Assembly (NCBI GenBank): GCA_049658265.1
Contig: JBASOM010000021.1
Span: 40,155-64,154, forward strand
DNA length: 24,000 bases
Direction of reading: 5' to 3'
Origin: Tepidanaerobacteraceae bacterium
GTDB lineage: Bacteria; Bacillota; Thermosediminibacteria; Thermosediminibacterales; Tepidanaerobacteraceae
Below the pieces are notes generated by a model that was given only the letters and a program-made list of their open reading frames with translations, made no database searches and was not told the origin of the DNA. How positions within the stretch are numbered: the stretch's first letter is position 1; the number at the start of each line of letters is the position of its first letter. The translations under genes and the position numbers were made by a program. Shown here piece by piece: positions 8,913 through 15,713 of the stretch.

Positions 8913-9716
8913 TTAAGTCAGTTCTAGATGCGATTTTTTTACAACTTCCTCTATTTTAACAGAGTGACCAATTAATGGGCTTTTCCTAAAATGTGATAGA
9001 TACTCAATGTTGCCCTTGGGGCCCTTTATCGGAGAAAAGGTGAGGTTATATATATGGAAATTGTTTTCCTTAGCATCATTGATGACTTTTTCAATGGCTT
9101 TTATGTGTAAATTATAGTCTCTCACAACTCCTTTTTTACCTACATCTTTTCTACCTACTTCAAATTGTGGCTTTATAAGTGTGATTAAGTCGCCATCTTC
9201 TTTCAGCAGTGTATAAAAAGGCTTGAATACTTTAGCAAGGGAAATGAATGACAAGTCAGCCGTAATAATATCCACCTTTTCGCCTATGTCTTCCAACGTC
9301 AAATACCTTACGTTTTTTCTTTCAAGTACAATTACTCTCGCATCCTCCCTCAGTTTGTACGCAAGCTGACCGTACCCCACATCCACAGCGTATATTCTTT
9401 TTGCGCCCCTTTGCAACATGCAGTCGGTAAAACCCCCGGTAGAAGCGCCTGCATCTAGTGCGATCTTATCTTTTACCTGTACATCAAATAGGTCAAGGGC
9501 TTTTTCTAGCTTCAACCCCCCTCTACTGACGTAGGGAATAGCTTTATTTTTAAGGACTATATGGCTGTCAACATCAACTGCCGTACCAGGCTTATCTATG
9601 ATTTGATTGTTAACCATGACATTGCCACACATTATTTCAGCTTTTGCTTTCTCCCGGCTTTCGATTATGCCTTTATTTACTAATAACATATCTAATCTTA
9701 TTTTGTTCTGGCTCAC
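8913..9716 (-). CDS. tlyA: TlyA-family rRNA (cytidine-2'-O)-methyltransferase (S4 + FtsJ domains)
   Basis: 267 aa. It has an S4-like N-terminus and the SAM-binding motif LDAGASTGGFTDCMLQRGAKRIYAVDVGYGQL. The start overlaps the upstream membrane-protein gene by 4 nt. Confidence 0.9.
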   Translation of the reverse strand: MSQNKIRLDMLLVNKGIIESREKAKAEIMCGNVMVNNQIIDKPGTAVDVDSHIVLKNKAIPYVSRGGLKLEKALDLFDVQVKDKIALDAGASTGGFTDCMLQRGAKRIYAVDVGYGQLAYKLREDARVIVLERKNVRYLTLEDIGEKVDIITADLSFISLAKVFKPFYTLLKEDGDLITLIKPQFEVGRKDVGKKGVVRDYNLHIKAIEKVINDAKENNFHIYNLTFSPIKGPKGNIEYLSHFRKSPLIGHSVKIEEVVKKSHLELT

Positions 9717-10348
9717 TGGCTTTCTCTCCTGCCGTTTCTTCTATTATTGTTGTTACTAGGTAATAGGTCAAGTTGTAAATTGTTCTTTAGTTTATACAAG
9801 AATAATCCAACACCGTAGACTACAGTTTTAGAGTTCTTTATTGCTATGCCCTTACCTAATGCTTTACCTCCGATGGTTAAGGTAGAAATAATACCGGTTA
9901 AAAGTATGCTAAAAATAATTACCTGATTTTGGCTAAAACCTGTTGCGGCAACTCTGACAACTATGGCTGCACCTGCTGCACCGCTTACAATACCACATAT
10001 GTCTCCCACAACGTCATTGCAAAAGTTTGAAACTATGTCAGCATTTCTAACGAGTCTGACTGCTTCCTTGCTTCCCGGAACCTTATCTGCCGCCATGGCG
10101 TGAAAAGGTGCTTCATTGGATGAAGTAACAGCTACTCCTATAATATCAAAGAAAACACCAATTATTATTATAAACAGCAATATGAACATCGAAATTATAA
10201 GATTAACTTGCTTTAATAAGATTTCCGAAATCGTACTAAAAAAAACGGAAAGCCCAAAAGCCAGAATAACGACCTTGTGTACCCAATTGGCTTTTGAACC
10301 TCCGTTATTTTTTTTATGCTTCCTCTTTTCTATATCAGAGTTCAACAA
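9713..10348 (-). CDS. oapA: Small basic-tailed integral membrane protein, candidate OLE-associated protein A (OapA)
   Basis: 211 aa, about four hydrophobic segments, with a basic N-terminus (KRKHKKNNGGSK) and a basic C-terminus (NNNNRRNGRRESQ). A DVVGD (DxxxD) motif lies at residues 112-116 (nt 10001-10015). The gene sits immediately 3' of the structured RNA. SD GGAGG is at 10357-10353, and the TTG start is at 10348 or 10345. The identification rests mainly on context. Confidence 0.65.
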   Translation of the reverse strand: MLNSDIEKRKHKKNNGGSKANWVHKVVILAFGLSVFFSTISEILLKQVNLIISMFILLFIIIIGVFFDIIGVAVTSSNEAPFHAMAADKVPGSKEAVRLVRNADIVSNFCNDVVGDICGIVSGAAGAAIVVRVAATGFSQNQVIIFSILLTGIISTLTIGGKALGKGIAIKNSKTVVYGVGLFLYKLKNNLQLDLLPSNNNNRRNGRRESQ

Positions 10349-10367
10349 AATACCTCCAGTTTCTTAA

Positions 10368-10970
10368 GGGAAACAGATGGTAATGGATGGGTTAATTTTG
10401 TGGCTTAGGTCTAGCAGGATTTCCCCAGCAGAAATCTATTCGTTGCCGAATAGACGGTTCCCCTTTAATTCTACTGCTGTTATGTCGCCAAAAACAGAGC
10501 TAGATTACCACTTAGTCCACACTGTAATCCCCTATCCATCTCCAATATTGGACCAGTCTAGGAGATTTCCTCACCAAAATCCTTCTCCTCCTAGCCTCTT
10601 TTGCAAAATGGATTTCAAAGGTAAAAAATTGATTTGTAATTGGCCAAATTACAAATCAACAAAAACCTTTTTCCGCCCATTTCACTCAAGGCAGGCTACA
10701 CTGCACCCAACCTTTCATCGAATGCAGGTTCACACCCTAAGCCATAGCCCTCAAGGAGTCCTATCAGGCCACGAACTTAGGTCTCCGCGGAAGTAGGGTC
10801 AACGCCTACATGCCTTTGTAGATCGCCCCATCTTCCTTACTCCCAGCACCAGCCCCCGACTGGGCGTCAGAAGCCAGCACTAGGAACTTCATCGATGTGC
10901 CCTTTGACGGATTTTTAGCCCCGCCCTCAGAGGAGGGATTTTGACTAGAATACTGTACCACCTGTTTCCC
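10368..10970 (-). ncRNA. ole: Large structured noncoding RNA, candidate OLE (ornate, large, extremophilic) RNA
   Basis: The element is 603 nt. It is bounded by a 13-bp helix: 5' GGGAAACAGGUGG (10970-10958) pairs with CCAUCUGUUUCCC 3' (10380-10368), with one G.U. It contains many nested helices, listed in the findings. It is richer in G+C than its flanks and has no ORF with an SD. The synteny ispA-[RNA]-4TM protein-tlyA-nadK-argR-recN matches the published OLE context, and the size matches the roughly 610 nt reported. I did not align it to the consensus. Confidence 0.8.
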
Positions 10971-10982
10971 TTGCTGAAAAAT

Positions 10983-11011
10983 ATTATAACACAAATACGA
11001 AACTGATTCAA
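10983..11011 (-). promoter_or_regulatory. Near-consensus sigma-A promoter driving the structured RNA (and probably oapA)
   Basis: The minus strand reads TTGAAT (11011-11006), a 17-nt spacer, then TGT-TATAAT (TG at 10991-10990, -10 at 10988-10983). It begins 18 nt after the ispA stop codon. The predicted start around 10976 is about 6 nt before the first base of the closing helix. Confidence 0.6.
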
Positions 11012-11028
11012 CGGAAGTGGAAAGTTGG

Positions 11029-11919
11029 TCAATAGCTACGGTTTACAATAAAATCTGTTAACTGTATAAAAAAGTCGCTGTTTTTAAAATGTGATATTAA
11101 TTTCTTGGCTTCCAAAGACAATTCGTTAATTATTTTTACACAACCAATATTACCGTACATACTAACAAAGGTGTTTTTCAAATTTTTAATATCACTGCCC
11201 ACAGGTTTGCCCAAAGTGTTTTCGTCACCTTTTTCATCTAACATATCATCGACGATTTGAAAAGCCAAGCCTATCTTTTCTCCAAAAAGCTCTATTATTT
11301 CCAGGTCTTCCTTAGATGCTCCAGCAAGTCGAGCCCCCGACCAGAGTGAAATCTTTATCAAATATCCCGTCTTATGATTGCTTATGTAATATAGGGTATC
11401 CCTGTCTATATTCTTTCCGGATGTTTCGATGTCAATCACTTGTCCACCAATCATTCCATATCCTCCGGCGGCCAGAGATACTTTTTCGATTACATCCAAG
11501 ACAGCTTTAAGACTGATACCAATGATTTTGCTGTTCATTGCTATTGTAGCAAAAGCATGTGTCAGTAGGGCGTCTCCAGCAAGTAGGGCTAATGCCTCAC
11601 CGTATACTTTGTGGCACGTGGGCTTTCCCCTGCGAAAATCATCATTATCCATAACAGGCAAGTCATCGTGAATCAGCGAATATGTATGTATCATTTCGAT
11701 GCCGCAAGCAGTTGGCATTACATTTTCATAAGACATCCCGAAGAGTTCTGCAGCTTTCATCACCATGATAGGTCTCAATCTCTTGCCACCCGATAAAGTG
11801 CTATAGTGCATTGCTTCAAAAAGTTGTGGGGGAAACTCATTTTTCTTTGGGAGAAACTTGACCATTTCTTCTTCTACTATCTTTCCTAAATGAACCAATT
11901 CTCTCGTAAAATTACTCAA
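11029..11919 (-). CDS. ispA: Farnesyl/geranyl diphosphate synthase (polyprenyl synthetase)
   Basis: 296 aa with both aspartate-rich motifs (LIHDDLPVMDNDDFRRG and FQIVDDMLD). The TTG start overlaps the xseB stop by 8 nt. Confidence 0.93.
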   Translation of the reverse strand: MSNFTRELVHLGKIVEEEMVKFLPKKNEFPPQLFEAMHYSTLSGGKRLRPIMVMKAAELFGMSYENVMPTACGIEMIHTYSLIHDDLPVMDNDDFRRGKPTCHKVYGEALALLAGDALLTHAFATIAMNSKIIGISLKAVLDVIEKVSLAAGGYGMIGGQVIDIETSGKNIDRDTLYYISNHKTGYLIKISLWSGARLAGASKEDLEIIELFGEKIGLAFQIVDDMLDEKGDENTLGKPVGSDIKNLKNTFVSMYGNIGCVKIINELSLEAKKLISHFKNSDFFIQLTDFIVNRSY

Positions 11920-12154
11920 TCAGTTCCGAACCTCCATCATAAGCTTTTAATATCAGATTACCTTCAAGATCTTTTGTCAAAACTTCGATTTTGCCTTCCG
12001 CTTCATCTAACATTCTAGAACATATCTTAATAAGATTTATTCCCTCTTCAAAAAAAGTGAGAGCTTCATCTAAGGTCAAATCACCTTTTTCTAATTGTTC
12101 GGTAATATGCTCCAGACGAGATATCGCCTCTTCATATTTATAAGTGGGACTCAA
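11912..12154 (-). CDS. xseB: Exodeoxyribonuclease VII small subunit
   Basis: An 80-aa helical protein (YEEAISRLEHITEQLEKGDLTLDEALTFFEEG). It overlaps xseA by 4 nt. Confidence 0.9.
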   Translation of the reverse strand: MSPTYKYEEAISRLEHITEQLEKGDLTLDEALTFFEEGINLIKICSRMLDEAEGKIEVLTKDLEGNLILKAYDGGSELIE

Positions 12155-13371
12155 TTGGCATCACCCTTTCCCAGGCATTCTTTCACGTCACATATAAGAC
12201 TTCCATCTGAAAGCAAAACCCTTACATGATCGCCTTTTTTCACATCAGCGATCTCCTTTACGAGCTGATTTGTATCACCTTTGATACAAATACTATAACC
12301 TCTTTTAAGAATTGATAAGGGATTTAAGGCATCCAACCTTGAAATGTTGTGATTTAAAACAGACTTTTGCTTTGTTATATAGTAATTGGTCTCTTTTATT
12401 AGCCTTCTGAATAATTCGTCTACTACCAGTCGACAATTAATCACATATGTTCGCGGTTTTTTATATACCTGTGCCGATTTTAAATATTCGAGTTTTTGCC
12501 TTTTTTCTCCAATGTAATTATAAAATCCATTACCTAACCTTAAACTGATGTGCCTTAATTCATTTTTTAGGGTGCGCTTTTCCGGCACTACAATTTCACC
12601 TGCAGCCGAAGGAGTAGGTGCCCTTTTGTCTGCAACAAAATCAGCAATCGTATAATCCGTTTCATGGCCAACGGCTGAGATGACGGGCACTTTAGATTCC
12701 GCAATGGCCCTGGCTACCCTTTCCTCGTTAAAGGCCCAAAGTTCCTCAATGGATCCGCCGCCTCTGCCTACAATTATAACGTCTAAACCCTGTAAACTGT
12801 TGAGCTGTGAAATGGCAGAGCATATGTCATCGGCAGCTCCCTCACCCTGAACCAGTACCGGCGCAATTACTATATCCACATTGGGAAAGCGCCTTCTTAT
12901 CACGGTCAATAAGTCCCTTATTGCTGCACCGGTAGGGGAAGTCACCAGAGCTATTTTTTTGGGTAAAAAGGGTATCGGCAGTTTTCTCTCTTGTGCAAAA
13001 AGGCCTTCCTGTTCCAAGCGCATTTTAAGCCTTTCAAAGGCAATATGCAGGGCTCCTATACCATCAGGTTCTAAAGCTTCAACATACAATTGATATTGGC
13101 CGTCCCTGTTAAATACACTTATAAAACCGAAAGCAATTACCTTCATGCCGTTCTCGGGCATAAAAGAAAGTAGCCTATTGCTGTTTTTAAACATAACACA
13201 GCGAATTTGTGACATCTCATCTTTTAGTGTAAAGTACATATGGCCGGACATATTGTGGTGTTTAAAATTTGATATTTCTCCTCGAACGTAAACCTGTCTT
13301 AAAATTTCATTGTTATCTAAAAGATTCTTTATAATATTGTTAACTTCACTAACGGTAAAAACTGGCTTCAA
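12151..13371 (-). CDS. xseA: Exodeoxyribonuclease VII large subunit
   Basis: It has an OB-fold N-terminus (FTVSEVNNIIKNLL...VYVRGEISNFK) and a catalytic core (GRGGGSIEELWAFNEE). I place the start at TTG 13371 because GGGGGAG lies 6 nt upstream. The track uses TTG 13386. Confidence 0.92.
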   Translation of the reverse strand: MKPVFTVSEVNNIIKNLLDNNEILRQVYVRGEISNFKHHNMSGHMYFTLKDEMSQIRCVMFKNSNRLLSFMPENGMKVIAFGFISVFNRDGQYQLYVEALEPDGIGALHIAFERLKMRLEQEGLFAQERKLPIPFLPKKIALVTSPTGAAIRDLLTVIRRRFPNVDIVIAPVLVQGEGAADDICSAISQLNSLQGLDVIIVGRGGGSIEELWAFNEERVARAIAESKVPVISAVGHETDYTIADFVADKRAPTPSAAGEIVVPEKRTLKNELRHISLRLGNGFYNYIGEKRQKLEYLKSAQVYKKPRTYVINCRLVVDELFRRLIKETNYYITKQKSVLNHNISRLDALNPLSILKRGYSICIKGDTNQLVKEIADVKKGDHVRVLLSDGSLICDVKECLGKGDAN

Positions 13372-13399
13372 AACTTTCTCCCCCAAGATACTACGTTTT

Positions 13400-13801
13400 T
13401 CATCTTGGCAAGCAATCTTTTGCGATTGACCCTAACAATCCGTTTATGAATCTATATGACTTTTCGTCTCCGTATTTTTTTGCAAGTTCAATTGCTTCAT
13501 TTATGGAAACGCTGACAGGTATATCATCACAGTACAGTATTTCGTACACTGCAAGGCGAAGTATATTTCTATCTGCAGATGCCATTCGGCCAACCGTCCA
13601 ATCTTCTGAATACCTGTTTATATGCTTATCAATATTTGATAAATTGTTCAAAACTCCCTCTACTTCTCTAAATATAAAACTTTTTTGATCATCATTTAGG
13701 GAGTCAATCATAGGCTCTGATGCTTCTTCAATTGTATTGCCACCAACATCTATAGCAAAAAGAATCTTAAATGCTTGTTCTCTGGCAATTTTCCTACTCA
13801 A
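13400..13801 (-). CDS. nusB: Transcription antitermination factor NusB
   Basis: It shows SRKIAREQAFKILFAIDV...RLAVYEILY...INEAIELAKKYG. I place the start at TTG 13801, 8 nt after AAGGAG. The track's GTG 13810 lies inside that SD. Confidence 0.9.
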   Translation of the reverse strand: MSRKIAREQAFKILFAIDVGGNTIEEASEPMIDSLNDDQKSFIFREVEGVLNNLSNIDKHINRYSEDWTVGRMASADRNILRLAVYEILYCDDIPVSVSINEAIELAKKYGDEKSYRFINGLLGSIAKDCLPR

Positions 13802-13813
13802 GAAAAGCACTCC

Positions 13814-14041
13814 TTATCTATTACTTGGAGGTAATAATTTATCAAGTAAACTGCGAATATCTTCTTTTCTATCTACATTTTTACCTATATAATATCCTAA
13901 TAGTGTGCAGAAAATGACAAACAAAGCTTTGAAAAACCCTAAGGTGATGATAATAATGCCAATTATAAGTCCTGCAATCCCGCCAATTATTTCCCTTCTA
14001 TGCTCATGCCACAGCTCTCGCAAATAGTCCACCGCATTCAC
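13814..14041 (-). CDS. Small integral membrane protein (DUF2273-like)
   Basis: 75 aa with two hydrophobic helices. It holds the conserved third position in the Asp23-AmaP-DUF2273 triplet. Confidence 0.6.
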   Translation of the reverse strand: MNAVDYLRELWHEHRREIIGGIAGLIIGIIIITLGFFKALFVIFCTLLGYYIGKNVDRKEDIRSLLDKLLPPSNR

Positions 14042-14044
14042 CCC

Positions 14045-14578
14045 TTATTTTCCTGCTTTTGCTTTTTGATTTGAAACATTGCTAACTCTTATTAACACGT
14101 TATTAACTTTAATTCCTGCAGTAGATTCAACATAATCTCTAATTGTCCCTTGCATTTCAGAAGCTAGTTCCGGGATTATAACATCGTAATTTACAGTAAT
14201 TTTTAGGGTTATTGACACCCCATCTTCTTGTCTTTTTATGTAAATCCTCGATTCTGTTACGTCTTGAATATCCCGTATCACTTTTTGAACTAAACTTTCA
14301 ACAGCACCCAAGGTAATACAAACCTTTCCCAGCTCACTGTCACTGACCACAGCTTCTGGCAGTTTCCTTGGCTTTAAGACGTAGACTAGAACGAATAAAC
14401 TAAATATCAACAAGACAATACCGAGGGCACCTGTTTCCCATTTTCCGTAGACCATGGATAAGTAAATACTAAGATATTGCTGACTAACAACTCTAGCAGA
14501 TATAACAATAAGGAATAAGGACACACAGGTTGCAAGGAGGGATAAAAGAACAATTAACAGTTTGTCCAAAAACTTCAT
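14045..14578 (-). CDS. amaP: Alkaline shock response membrane anchor protein AmaP-like
   Basis: 177 aa with N-terminal TM helices and a soluble C-terminus. It lies directly downstream of asp23. SD AAGGAG lies 7 nt before ATG 14578. Confidence 0.65.
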   Translation of the reverse strand: MKFLDKLLIVLLSLLATCVSLFLIVISARVVSQQYLSIYLSMVYGKWETGALGIVLLIFSLFVLVYVLKPRKLPEAVVSDSELGKVCITLGAVESLVQKVIRDIQDVTESRIYIKRQEDGVSITLKITVNYDVIIPELASEMQGTIRDYVESTAGIKVNNVLIRVSNVSNQKAKAGK

Positions 14579-14606
14579 AAGTAAGCTCCTTTCTAAAGGA
14601 AATTAA

Positions 14607-14633
14607 CCCCCTGAACACGTCATTATCAGGGGG
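14607..14633 (-). other. Intercistronic GC-rich hairpin between asp23 and amaP
   Basis: An 8-bp perfect stem, CCCCCTGA (14607-14614) / TCAGGGGG (14626-14633), has an 11-nt loop. On the minus strand it is followed by UUAAUUUCCUUU and then the amaP SD. Confidence 0.5.
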
Positions 14634-14640
14634 TATTAGG

Positions 14641-15018
14641 TTATTTGCCTTCTCCTTCCTTAGCAGGACCGAAGCTGACACCTTGGATATGTATATTAAC
14701 TTCAGTAACAGACAGGCCGGTCATATTTTCTATTGCTTTTTTCACATTTTCTTGAACATTCCAGGCTACATCTGGTATTCGAACACCGTAGTTTATAATC
14801 ATGTACAGATCTACTTTAGCTTCTTTATCGCTAACCTCAACCTTAACACCTTTTGATAAATTTTTGCGCCCTAACATCTCGGCAATTCCACCAACGATGC
14901 CTCCACTCATGCCTGCTACCCCCTCAACTTCCGTAGCAGCAAGGCCCGCAATTACACCTACGACATCATCAGCAATTTTTATTGAACCCTTGTCATTGTT
15001 AATGTCCGCATTACTCAT
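14641..15018 (-). CDS. Asp23/Gls24-family envelope stress protein
   Basis: 125 aa (MSNADINNDKGSIKIADDVVGVIAGLAATEVEGVAGM...). I place the start at ATG 15018 because GGAAGGAGAAGG lies upstream. The track's 22-aa N-terminal extension has no SD. Confidence 0.88.
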   Translation of the reverse strand: MSNADINNDKGSIKIADDVVGVIAGLAATEVEGVAGMSGGIVGGIAEMLGRKNLSKGVKVEVSDKEAKVDLYMIINYGVRIPDVAWNVQENVKKAIENMTGLSVTEVNIHIQGVSFGPAKEGEGK

Positions 15019-15094
15019 TTTCCTTCTCCTTCCGGATGGTAATAAACCTAACGATATTATAGCAAAATAAATACATTTATACAATTAATGTGGC

Positions 15095-15640
15095 CTATTT
15101 TCTTTCTATTATGGTAATTTTGTCCACCGACACACCGGTTGTTTTTGTAACAACATCTGTAATCTGAGCAATATCTTTTTGCATAAGACCATCAGTTTTT
15201 ACTACTACATTGATGTGGTCATCAGAAAAGAAGATCACTGCATCTTCAAAGCCCTTCGCCCTTATGAGATTCTCTACAAGCATTTCCTTCTCTACTTTCT
15301 GGGAAAGCGCTATTAATTCTTGCTGGGCTTTTTCTTTAGATTCTGTACTGGCATTGGGATTGTTTATTAGTTCCCTCAAATAATCAGCTTCCTGGCCCCT
15401 CAATCGATCTCTTTCCAATTTATACTCTATAAAAAAATCATTTTCCAGATTTGCTACAGCCGAAATCTCTTGTGTATCATCAATTGCAGAAATAGATACC
15501 TTTTCCAATTCACCAGAATCCAGCTGTTTTTCGTACACCACTTTTGGAAAGTTACCTAAAAACATCATGTATGCAGACAATAAAAGTATTAAAGCAAATG
15601 CGATTATTAACAGGGTTCTTTTCTTAATCACAAATGACAC
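15095..15640 (-). CDS. spoIIIAH: Stage III sporulation protein AH
   Basis: 181 aa with an N-terminal TM segment and a C-terminal YscJ/FliF-like domain. It is the last gene of the spoIIIA array. It uses a GTG start next to GGGAGGGG. Confidence 0.8.
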   Translation of the reverse strand: MSFVIKKRTLLIIAFALILLLSAYMMFLGNFPKVVYEKQLDSGELEKVSISAIDDTQEISAVANLENDFFIEYKLERDRLRGQEADYLRELINNPNASTESKEKAQQELIALSQKVEKEMLVENLIRAKGFEDAVIFFSDDHINVVVKTDGLMQKDIAQITDVVTKTTGVSVDKITIIERK

Positions 15641-15713
15641 CCCTTTCCCCTCCCAATATTAAAAAATATTAAAGCCTATAACATAAAAAAGCGGTATCTC
15701 GCTGGTATATAGC

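Noticed and set aside
10377-10796. A 139-aa plus-strand ORF covering most of the ispA-oapA gap
   Set aside because: It is antisense to the whole gene array and has no SD. Its composition (P/S/H/R-rich, low complexity) is unlike the other proteins here. The region is better explained by extensive minus-strand RNA structure.
10368-10970. Alternative identities for the structured RNA: RNase P RNA, tmRNA, group II intron, or a riboswitch/T-box leader
   Set aside because: RNase P RNA is about 400 nt and should contain GAGGAAAGUCC; only a non-matching GAGGAAAUCUCC is present. I see no tRNA-like ends or tag-peptide frame as expected for tmRNA. I see no domain V-like hairpin, intron-encoded protein or exon context as expected for a group II intron. 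It is several-fold too large for known riboswitch or T-box leaders. Size and synteny fit OLE best, but a covariance search is still needed.
10806-10994. A 62-aa minus-strand ORF at the 5' end of the gap
   Set aside because: It has no SD. Its start overlaps the predicted promoter spacer, upstream of the predicted transcription start. It runs through the paired 5' strand of the closing helix. The G/S/A-rich peptide has no recognisable features.
14493-14681. A 62-aa minus-strand ORF spanning the asp23/amaP junction
   Set aside because: It overlaps the ends of two well-supported genes in another frame, has no SD, and contains the intercistronic hairpin.
15684-15703. A hairpin plus U-run between spoIIIAG and spoIIIAH (AGCG-AGAUAC-CGCU-UUUUUU on the minus strand)
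   Set aside because: The stem is only 4 bp, too weak to call a terminator or attenuator.
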